Shown here: positions 10,240 through 19,200 of the stretch, piece by piece
How the letters are laid out: each line of letters opens with the position of its first letter
Position numbering within the stretch: the stretch's first letter is position 1
Source: a bacterium
Lineage (GTDB): Bacteria; SZUA-182; DTGQ01; JAFGSM01
Reading direction: 5' to 3'
DNA length: 62,246 nucleotides
Assembly: GCA_049472335.1 (NCBI GenBank)
Contig: JBLIRO010000024.1
Location: 1-62,246, forward strand
Program-made: the position numbers and the translations under genes
The notes under the pieces: generated by a model
The model's database searches: none
What the model was told of the DNA's origin: nothing
What the model saw: only the letters and a program-made list of their open reading frames with translations

Positions 10240-10931
10240 AAAAAAAGGATTACAAGAACCTGATTTTTGATCTTCTGGACGGGGATATATCTCCGGAAGA
10301 AAGACTCCTTCTTGAAAAGGAATGCCATAAAAACCCTGACCTTGCAAGAGAAAAAGAATCAATGGAAAAGGTCATTGCGTTCTTTAGAAATTCCCGGAAA
10401 TTTAATGCCCCTTCAGGATTTACAGAAAGGGTAATGGCCCGCATCGAAAAAAGGCCCATCCCCCTGAAACAAAGGATCATTGAATGGATCAGGTCCGATC
10501 TGGAAATCCATATAAATTGGGCGTGGAAATGGGCAACGGTTTCTATTCTTATATTTTCCCTACTGGGAGGGGCCGGATGGCAATATCTTCGTTTGCAAAG
10601 GCTTCATTCCCGGATCGAAACACTTGAGCGACGATTTTCTGAATTAGAGAAGCAGCCTATCCCAATGCGTTTTGTTTTTTACAATCCGACGGCCAAATCC
10701 GTTCATATCGCGGGTACCTTTAACGATTGGACTGTTGGAAGAGAATATCGGTTAGCCAACCTGGGACGGAATGGGATCTGGTCCATAACGCTCATGCTTG
10801 AACCCGGAGTATATGAATACATGTTTCTAGTGGATGAAAAAGATTGGATAACAGACCCTGCAGCCCTGGATTTTTGTCCCGATGGATTCGGGCAAAAAAA
10901 CAGCATCGTAGAAGTGGCTAGAGAGATATGA
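10236..10931 (+). CDS. Transmembrane anti-sigma factor with extracytoplasmic CBM48 domain
   Basis: N-terminal LDGDISPEE anti-sigma-like helix, APSGFTERVM, one TM helix, VHIAGTFNDW..YEYMFLVD..WITDP; GTGA overlap with the sigma gene. Confidence 0.82.
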   Translation: MKKKDYKNLIFDLLDGDISPEERLLLEKECHKNPDLAREKESMEKVIAFFRNSRKFNAPSGFTERVMARIEKRPIPLKQRIIEWIRSDLEIHINWAWKWATVSILIFSLLGGAGWQYLRLQRLHSRIETLERRFSELEKQPIPMRFVFYNPTAKSVHIAGTFNDWTVGREYRLANLGRNGIWSITLMLEPGVYEYMFLVDEKDWITDPAALDFCPDGFGQKNSIVEVAREI

Positions 10932-11005
10932 ACTTTTCCTTTGCATTATTTTTTATGGAAAGATTTGAAAAAACATGAATACCCGAATCACAAAGGAGAA
11001 TAAAA

Positions 11006-11851
11006 ATGCCCCATAGGGATTTTCCGCTAAACAAAAAATACCTGACGGCATTGATAATTCTGGCGGCTTTTCTTTTAATGTGTCTACTTGGAACCAAATG
11101 TTTTTTAGACACCGAATTTTTTCTTCCCTCTGCCTGGGGTGAACAAAACACAGAAGGCACGGAAAAATGGAAAGAACTAGTCGAAAATGCTTCACAGCAG
11201 GGGATCTCTGCTGAGGATCTTAACAGGATTCAGGATGTCCTGCGCAGTGCCGAAATAAACGGATTTCCTATCGAGCCATTATTGAACAAGGCAATGGAGG
11301 GGATGGCCAAAGGAATCTCACCTTCCACAATTGTTAATGTGCTGGAATTGAGGCTGGAAAATCTTTACACATGCGAAAAAATGTTGGGGAAAATGAAAAA
11401 CGCAGGAACAGAATCTCCTTCTGAGAAGAATGAACTGTTGATAGTCATGAGCGAATCCATGGCAAGGGGGGTTTCAAAAGAAGAGATGGAGGCATTGGCA
11501 ACGCATGCACCGAAGCCCCTGCATGTTCATTTAGCCAATGCCAGTCAGGACGCGGCAACCTTTAAAGATCTGGGATTTTCTTCTGAGAATGCCATGGAAA
11601 TCGTTCTTACAGGGCTCCAAAACGGCATCTATATAGAGCGCAGCCGTGGGATATCAGCCGCTGTAAGAGAAGCCAGGAGAAATGGTATGACGAATGAGGA
11701 ATTGAAAAATGTCTTTCTCTCAAACATACGTCAGGGAAAGGGCATGAAGGAGATTTTTCAGGGGAAATCCGATAAAGGGTATTCAAGGCCTCAATCCCGG
11801 GGGAGCGGGAACACCTCCCGGGGAGGCCCTCGTTTTCGTAATCGTCATTAA
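11006..11851 (+). CDS. Exported helical hypothetical protein of the ECF operon
   Basis: AAGGAG RBS, N-terminal hydrophobic segment, PLLNKAMEGMAKG motif, G/R/S-rich tail. Confidence 0.7.
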   Translation: MPHRDFPLNKKYLTALIILAAFLLMCLLGTKCFLDTEFFLPSAWGEQNTEGTEKWKELVENASQQGISAEDLNRIQDVLRSAEINGFPIEPLLNKAMEGMAKGISPSTIVNVLELRLENLYTCEKMLGKMKNAGTESPSEKNELLIVMSESMARGVSKEEMEALATHAPKPLHVHLANASQDAATFKDLGFSSENAMEIVLTGLQNGIYIERSRGISAAVREARRNGMTNEELKNVFLSNIRQGKGMKEIFQGKSDKGYSRPQSRGSGNTSRGGPRFRNRH

Positions 11852-11951
11852 TAAATTTAGAAATTCGCATACCATAGATCAGTGCCGATGCGGGGTAAAA
11901 ATCCGGCAGAAAAACAGTAAAATTAAACAATGGCTGGTTAAGGAGACTGGA

Positions 11952-12947
11952 TTGAATAAGGAAATATCCACCCTATCCCGGATAATTCATTTCCTATTAC
12001 CCCTTGTCTTTTTATTTGTTTCTGTATTTTCCCTTTCTATTAAAGCGGAATCTGCCACCATAGAAACGGGTCTAAACTATTTGCGAGGGGACTTCGGGAC
12101 CGGTGATAATACAACGTATTTCTCCACCCCGGTCCACATCGGATCGCACCCTTTCAAATACCTTATGACAGAGATCACGGTTCCTTATATTTATCAGAAA
12201 GGGATTGATGTCATAACAATCGGAGGAGGGGGACGGGGTCCATTTTCCGGAGGCAATGGATATAAATTCGGTTCATTATTAAGAAATCCAAAGGAGAGCG
12301 GGAAAGGGACCGGCCATCTGTTCCAGAATCCGCAACTAAGTGCCAATGAGGGCAATAAAGGTCCCCCTGGCGATACAAATCCGCCTGAAAATGGAAAAAG
12401 GGCCGAAACCGGCCCTGATGGCACAGAAAACACAAAAAGCGTTAGTGAGAACGCACATGGAATCGGGGACATCTATCTATATCTTTCATCCGATTTCCAT
12501 GATTTTTTTACCAGGTTTTCCAGGCATATACCAACCATCGATCTTTCTGTCGGGATCAAGCTACCCACCGCGGATACTGAAAAAGGGCTCGGAACCGGTG
12601 AATACGATTATACCCTTGGCCTTACCTTTAGATGGATACTCGGAAAAGTTGAATATTATCTTTATGGGGATTATACATGGGTCGGAGACATGCCGGATGA
12701 AGCATTCGAGGATGTCTTTTGTTTTGGCGGCGGAACCGAAATCGATCTTTCTTCCATCTATACCCTAATGGCGGACCTTTCCGGATGCACTTCCTTATTT
12801 AAGGATGGTTCCACTCATTATTCCTCTGAGCTGGGGATCAAGAGAAAAATATTTAAAAATTATTTTATCAATGGATATGGGCTTATAGGATTCGATGGAC
12901 AAAGCAGCGATCATGGATTAGGTTTATCCGTAGGAATGGATTTTTAG
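11952..12947 (+). CDS. Outer-membrane beta-barrel (transporter-like) protein
   Basis: Signal peptide, GIGDIYL, IKLPTADTEKGLGTGEYDY, C-terminal Phe. Confidence 0.75.
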   Translation: MNKEISTLSRIIHFLLPLVFLFVSVFSLSIKAESATIETGLNYLRGDFGTGDNTTYFSTPVHIGSHPFKYLMTEITVPYIYQKGIDVITIGGGGRGPFSGGNGYKFGSLLRNPKESGKGTGHLFQNPQLSANEGNKGPPGDTNPPENGKRAETGPDGTENTKSVSENAHGIGDIYLYLSSDFHDFFTRFSRHIPTIDLSVGIKLPTADTEKGLGTGEYDYTLGLTFRWILGKVEYYLYGDYTWVGDMPDEAFEDVFCFGGGTEIDLSSIYTLMADLSGCTSLFKDGSTHYSSELGIKRKIFKNYFINGYGLIGFDGQSSDHGLGLSVGMDF

Positions 12948-12955
12948 TTCCATCC

Positions 12956-12983
12956 TGTAACCATTTTCTTTTCCATTTGTATA
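12956..12983 (+). promoter_or_regulatory. Second putative ECF sigma promoter
   Basis: TGTAAC-N16-TGTATA, about 90 nt upstream of ATG 13071. Confidence 0.65.
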
Positions 12984-13070
12984 TCTTAATGAGGCGTCTT
13001 AATGGTTTTTCCAAACTGTTTTTCATCCAGTATTTCTTTAATAACTGAATGGTTAAAGGAGAGCAGAAAA

Positions 13071-14027
13071 ATGTATAAAAAATTCTTATTTGCTTTACTA
13101 TCGATTATTGTCCTGGCATCATTTGTCCTGTATGTAAATCCAGCGACAGCTTTGAATAATTGTACAAATTGCACAGAGTGTCCCTATTACACAGAGTGCC
13201 CTAATTGCAATGATTGTCCTAATTGTACTGAGTGTCCCAATTGCACTGAGTGCCCCAATCAGGGCGATCAGACCCGTACGCAAGCACGGAATTATAATAA
13301 CTGTGATGATTGTCCTAATTGCACAGATTGTCCCAATTGCACTGAGTGCCCCAATCAGGGCGATCAGACCCGTACGCAAGCACAGAATTATAATAACTGT
13401 GATGATTGTCCCAATTGTACTGATTGCCCCAATTGTCCTGATTGTCCTAATCAGAACGATCCTGCTTATGCACAATACAGGATCGGCTCCATGGCGCCCC
13501 CATGGTCTACAGATTCAGACAACTTTACAGGGGGCCCTATATGGTTTACAACGATAGAGCAAGGGGTTGGCCCTTGGTTTTGGCAGGCCTATAATGGTTA
13601 TGACGTAACCGGCATAGCACCCATTTGGTACATGGGCGGCACCACATACGGCCCTTCATGGTTGGATGGCAGCAGCCAAGGGCCATGGTGGTCTTCTTAT
13701 ATAATTGAAGATCCAACAAATTCCGGATCTTTATCACGATTCAGAAGCAATAGCAATAACAACATGAATTACCAGTATGCCGGTTCCATGGCGCCCCCCT
13801 GGTCTGTAGATTCGGAAAACTTTACAAGGGGCCCTTCATGGCTAGGCAATAATCCTGTGCAAGGAGTCGGACCATGGTTCATGCAGGTCTATAACGGTTT
13901 TGAAGTGACCGATAACGCACCTATCTGGTATTTAAACTATCCTAACGCAGGATATATGCCTGCATGGTTGGACGGCAGCAGTCAAGGCCCCTGGTGGTCT
14001 TCATTCATTTCAGAATCGCTTGAATAA
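13071..14027 (+). CDS. Secreted poly-CxxC (22 Cys) protein with two Trp-rich GPxW repeat domains
   Basis: AAGGAG RBS favours ATG 13071 (MYKKFLFALL signal peptide) over 13002; CPNCTE-type blocks; duplicated GSMAPPWS...QGPWWSS. Confidence 0.8.
   Translation: MYKKFLFALLSIIVLASFVLYVNPATALNNCTNCTECPYYTECPNCNDCPNCTECPNCTECPNQGDQTRTQARNYNNCDDCPNCTDCPNCTECPNQGDQTRTQAQNYNNCDDCPNCTDCPNCPDCPNQNDPAYAQYRIGSMAPPWSTDSDNFTGGPIWFTTIEQGVGPWFWQAYNGYDVTGIAPIWYMGGTTYGPSWLDGSSQGPWWSSYIIEDPTNSGSLSRFRSNSNNNMNYQYAGSMAPPWSVDSENFTRGPSWLGNNPVQGVGPWFMQVYNGFEVTDNAPIWYLNYPNAGYMPAWLDGSSQGPWWSSFISESLE
13233..13424 (+). repeat. 96-bp tandem repeat inside the Cys-rich gene
   Basis: TTGCACTGAGTGCCCCAATCAGGGCGATCAGACCCGTACGCAAGCAC at 13241 and 13337. 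Confidence 0.9.
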
Positions 14028-14126
14028 TTTCATAGTTATCTTACTCTCCTGATTCCGGGGGGATAAGATCTGACAACACTGTTAGGGCGCCTTATCTATT
14101 TTTTAATGTAATGAAATGAAATTATA

Positions 14127-14471
14127 ATGGAGATCAAACTTATGCATAAGTCTTTTATATTCCTGAATGTTATAATTATTACTACGATCCTTCTTTTTGC
14201 AGGATCTCTGAACGCTCAAAGGATTGGCCCTTTAAGAAACGCTGCTGAAAGGAATTTTCATAGAAGCTATAGATACCTTGAAAATTCTCACAATCGCAAC
14301 AATCCTAAAGCATTTACTAAAGCCAAAAATAGATTTCAACACAGAAACGAGGTCAGAGAAAATCAAGAGAAAGGGCATGACTATGCAAATTCTACAGGCC
14401 CGGTATGGCTAAAAGATCCGGATTTTTCCATGAAAACTTTTTCAGTCCCACCTTCCGAAAATGACCGATAA
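14127..14471 (+). CDS. Small secreted hypothetical protein, possibly a truncated GPxW-family member
   Basis: Signal peptide ending SLNA; one GPVW motif; a GPLW-like remnant lies out of frame near 14540. Confidence 0.5.
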   Translation: MEIKLMHKSFIFLNVIIITTILLFAGSLNAQRIGPLRNAAERNFHRSYRYLENSHNRNNPKAFTKAKNRFQHRNEVRENQEKGHDYANSTGPVWLKDPDFSMKTFSVPPSENDR

Positions 14472-14734
14472 AAATGAATAAACGTTTTCCTTGCATTATT
14501 ACTTAACTTATTCCGGAATCCTCCGGGAACGGTATATAAGGCCCTTTTATGGCTAAGAAAACCCGGCAGATTCGTTAAAAATTAAATAGTATTCTATATC
14601 CAAGAACCGGTATTTTGGGTATCAAGTATATATACTTGAAAATATTTAAGCTACAAACATATTAAAACTATAGATTAATAATCTATAATGATAAATCATT
14701 ACTTGAATTATCATTTATTTTATTCTGTTTTTCA

Positions 14735-15931
14735 ATGACATATACTTGCTTATCATACGCAAAAAAAAAGATTGAACAAAGAATCAGGGTGGAGTACACC
14801 TATGACATCTATTTTACCAGGGATATATTTTCTCCGGAAAACCCTGTTTTAAAGGATGTCCTTGGTGACAGGAGACACAGAATACTGGCATTTGTGGATT
14901 CGGGTGTGGCAGAAGCCTGGCCAGGCATTGAACATCGTCTGGGAGAATGGTTCAATACACATCCGGAATGCGGATGCATGGTTTCTCCGGCTATCCTGGT
15001 GCCGGCCGGGGAGCAATGTAAAAAAGATCTTGTACATCTCAAGGTCATTGCCCGAAACATACGTGTTACCAAACTGGACCGGCATTCTGTTGTAATAATT
15101 GTCGGAGGGGGGGCCGTTTTGGATGCAGTAGGTTTTATTGCTTCCATCACTCACAGGGGTATCCGCCATATACGAATACCTACTACCGTTCTATCACAAA
15201 ACGACTCGGGAGTGGGTGTAAAAAACGGGATCAATCTCTATGGGGCAAAGAATTACTTTGGCTCATTTGCACCTCCATACGGGGTTATCAATGACCTCAA
15301 TTTTTTGAAAACACTAAAACTGAGGGATTGGCTTGCAGGCATATCAGAGGCGTTCAAGGTAGCCATCATCAAAGACCGTTCGTTTCTAATGGATCTGGTC
15401 AGTAATGCAAAGATGTTATATCAGCGCAATGAAGGGGCCATGGAGCAATTGGTCAGACGTTGCGCCCAAATCCATGCGGAACATATTGCCACCTGCGGCG
15501 ATCCTTTCGAATTCGGGACTGCTCGCCCCCTGGATTTTGGGCATTGGAGCGCCCATTACCTGGAGGTTCTAACGGATTATGAGCTTCGCCATGGCGAGGC
15601 AGTTGCCATAGGTATCGTCCTGGACATGATTATAGCCAGAAACCGCGGGCTGATAAATCAAGAGGAATATGAACTTGTACGACAGGGCCTGGAAGATTGC
15701 GGTTTTTCTTTGTGGCACCCAATGCTGGATAAAAAGGATAAAAATAATTCCCTTTGTTTAAATAACGGCCTTGAAGAGTTCCGCCAGCACCTGGGCGGGA
15801 GGCTCACCCTGATCATGCCGGTTCATCTGGGAGAAAGTTGTCAGATTAACACAATTTCCCATGAAGAGATAGAACGGGCTGTCCTTGAGATGAAGAATAG
15901 ATATAAATCTTCCCTTATAACTTCAAACTGA
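14735..15931 (+). CDS. 3-dehydroquinate synthase-like sugar phosphate cyclase (EboD-like subfamily)
   Basis: GGGAVLDAVG, RIPTTVLSQNDSGVGVKNG, GDPFEFGTARPLDFGHWSAH, HGEAVAIG. Confidence 0.88.
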   Translation: MTYTCLSYAKKKIEQRIRVEYTYDIYFTRDIFSPENPVLKDVLGDRRHRILAFVDSGVAEAWPGIEHRLGEWFNTHPECGCMVSPAILVPAGEQCKKDLVHLKVIARNIRVTKLDRHSVVIIVGGGAVLDAVGFIASITHRGIRHIRIPTTVLSQNDSGVGVKNGINLYGAKNYFGSFAPPYGVINDLNFLKTLKLRDWLAGISEAFKVAIIKDRSFLMDLVSNAKMLYQRNEGAMEQLVRRCAQIHAEHIATCGDPFEFGTARPLDFGHWSAHYLEVLTDYELRHGEAVAIGIVLDMIIARNRGLINQEEYELVRQGLEDCGFSLWHPMLDKKDKNNSLCLNNGLEEFRQHLGGRLTLIMPVHLGESCQINTISHEEIERAVLEMKNRYKSSLITSN

Positions 15932-15978
15932 AAGTATACCAATCAAGGCATCTTATTCAGAGGATCTTTTCTTAAGAC

Positions 15979-16006
15979 TTGACAAAATAAATTTTGGGTA
16001 TAGAAT
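15979..16006 (+). promoter_or_regulatory. Putative sigma70 promoter of the first macroglobulin gene
   Basis: TTGACA-N16-TAGAAT. Confidence 0.4.
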
Positions 16007-16243
16007 TTAATTAGATTATAAATACTTATATATGATTTTGAGATTCTTACAAATTTGCGCTGTTGCATATTATAAGTTTTCTTATAGTTATGTGTATCTT
16101 TTCCATTTTCCATTTCAATATTTCACAATTCAATTTGGAGTGAAATCTCGGGTTCTTGGATTAAATTAAAATCATCTGAGTTTTTTATCTTATCAAACTT
16201 ACCAGATGAATCTATCTTCTCATTAATAAAAGGAGGGGAAGCC

Positions 16244-19200
16244 ATGAAAAGGATATCAGGGACAATTATAATTCTGATCTTTTTAATGATGGTATTTTTA
16301 GGGGCTTTTGCAGGCAATGTTCCCTGCGTGATGGCAGAAGATGAAACTGTATATTTGGATCTGCCTTCGGGATGGAGCATGTTTTCTCTTCCGGTGATAC
16401 CGCCGAATCCGGAACTTTCTGAGCTATTTCCGGATGCAAAGGTGGTTTACGGTTACGAAAGAGATAAGGGGTATGTACGTATTGAAGAGGATGAAGAATT
16501 GAATGTAGGTAAAGGATACTGGATATTGTTTGATAACTCACAAATAAAGCCGCTGACAGGCCGGCGCATTTATGATTATCCCCTTTCTCTTAATGAGGGC
16601 GGATGGGAAATGATCGGAGGATGCACACTTCCCGCCCAGGCTTCGGCGGATAGTGCTAATATAAATGTTATCTATGGCTTTGATCAGGAGGTGGGATACC
16701 GACGTGTACTTAAATCAGAGAAGCTCCTGCCCGGAAAAGGGTACTGGATACGCCTCAGTGACAGCACAGGATTAAGGATCGACAGTGGATGGCCGCCGGG
16801 GGAGGAAGAGGAATCAGTGCAAATCATGGCTGACTCCAATGTTTTATCATATTATAACAATGAAGTGAATATAGATTGTTCCGAATGGACCGATCCTGCT
16901 ATTGCTCCTTACCAGGTACGCGTCTTCTATTGGAAGGACAATGTTTATCAAGGGCCTTATGATCTTCCGGGCATCTCTTTCGACCTTACCGTCGATGACG
17001 GAAATGATCATGTTATGGGGAGGATCACGATCCCGGACAGCCTCATGGATCTTTACGGGATTACCGGTCCTCATGACTACATCAAGATTAGACTGACAAT
17101 GAGCAATCTGCAGACAAAACATTCAGGGGCCATTTATGTGGACACCATGGTTGAACCGGATGTGGTGGAAAGATATATGGCCGTGCTTCCCCAGACATTA
17201 CATATCGGTGAAAAAGGAGCTGTTTCCCTGTCTCTTTTCAGTGGAGACTATCTGGCAAAGGCAAAGGTCCAGATGGCCTTATTGAAAGAAGGAGAAAGGA
17301 TATTCGAGACAGAGGATTATATCTACGGTAAAGGCAAAGTAGGGTTCGAGGTCCCCCAAATCGAAACGGGGGATTACACCGTTGAAGTCAGGGCAAATGG
17401 ATTCGAGGACAGTGCAACCGTAAAGGTGGCTGAAACCCTTCTCGTGTTTGTGGAAACTGATAAACCCATATACAAGCCAGGCCAGACCATGTGCATAAGG
17501 GTGATTACCCTGAATTCTGAGCTAAAGCCTGTAAGCAAGGATGCAGCCGTAGAGATCCAGGACGCCAAGGGTATAAAGATCTTCCGCAAGGAGATAATCA
17601 CCGATGAATATGGCCTTTCATCTTTTGACATGCCCATTTCCGCTGAGCCTAATCTCGGGGTATGGAAGATAATAGCTTATTGCGGCGATTTCGAAACACA
17701 GTCGGATGTAAGGGTGGAAGAATATGTCCTTCCAAAATACGAGGTAAAGGCAGAACTCCCCAAGGAATGGTTTTTGGTGGAAGAGCCTATCAAGGGCAAG
17801 ATAAAGGCGGAATACAGCTTCGGCAAGCCTGTGAAGGGTGAGTTGGTGATAGAGGCATCGAAATATGAGGGGGTATGGGATGTATATGAAACCGTTAATA
17901 TGCTTATAGACGGGGAGGCTGATTTCGAGATATCCGCGCCTGAGTATGTTGCCGGAGTTCCCGCTGCCGGTGGCATGGGAAACGTGACACTGGACATAAC
18001 CGTTAAAGAGACAAATACAGGCTACGAAGAGAACATGAACAAGATTGTCACCATTTCCGATGCCCCGCTCAATATACAAATAATCCCTGAAAGCTCCGTT
18101 TTCAAGCCCACATTGCCAATCGAATTATTGATCATTACCGAAACCCCTGACAATAAACCTCGTGATGCAATAGTATCCATCACGGCCACCTACCTCAATG
18201 AAAAATTTGAAGAGTTTAATGAAACCGAGCACACGGCAGAAACCTTGGCAGGAAAGGCGCTTCTCACCCTGGTCCCTCCCGGGGAGGCTATTGCCATGGT
18301 TGTTGAGGCCGAAGCCGAAGGGGCATCCGCTTCCAAGGCCTTGGAGTCCGGTTACTCTCCATCCGGGAATTTCATCCATGTGGAGCAGATAAGTCAGGGC
18401 ATCCCCAAGGTCGGAGAGAAGATCAGCTTCAAGGTTCATTCCACTTCAGAGGCTGTCAACTTCTACTATGAGATTATATCCAGGGGAACACTGATATTTA
18501 CGGGCTTTACCGGATCAAGCGAGATATCCTTAGTAGTCACCCCATCGATGGCCCCTTCATCCAAGATCCTGGTCTACCAGATCCTGCAAACCAGCGAAGT
18601 TGCTGCCGACTGTCTGCCATTTTCCGTGGAGGCGGACTATCCCCATAGCGTTACAGCAGAATTCAGCAAGGAAGAGGCAAAACCCGGAGATGAGCTTGAA
18701 ATAATGATCAAAACCGAGGGAAGGGCAAAGGTCGGCATCACGGCAGTGGATAAATCCGTTTTCATTCTTGCTGAAAAGAGGCTTAATCTCCAGCAGGTCT
18801 TTGATGAAATCGAGAGGCTCTATATGAAGCCTCAGGTTGAGCTTCACTCCTATAACGTTTACAGGGAAGTGGATACCAAGGGAGCGGAAGAGACCTTTAA
18901 AAACGCGGAGGTTATAGTACTCAGCAACAATAACATACCAAAAGGAGAGGAGCATATAAATATATTTAGTTGCTGGTGGTGCGATGGAAAGTGGGAGATA
19001 TGGCGAAGAGACCCTGTATTCTGGGCATTTATGGCTTTGAATGGTGTAGAGGATATGGATGGAGTTTTGCCACCCCAGGCTGGAGCAATGCCGCCTGAAA
19101 CAGGCGGGCTGGCAGAAGTGGAGAGGGTCCGGCAATTCTTCCCTGAAACCTGGCTATGGAAAGAGCTTATTACGGATGAACAGGGGAATGCCTCCTTTTC

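Noticed and set aside
13150..13460. Multihaem cytochrome c
   Set aside because: CxxC motifs are never followed by His
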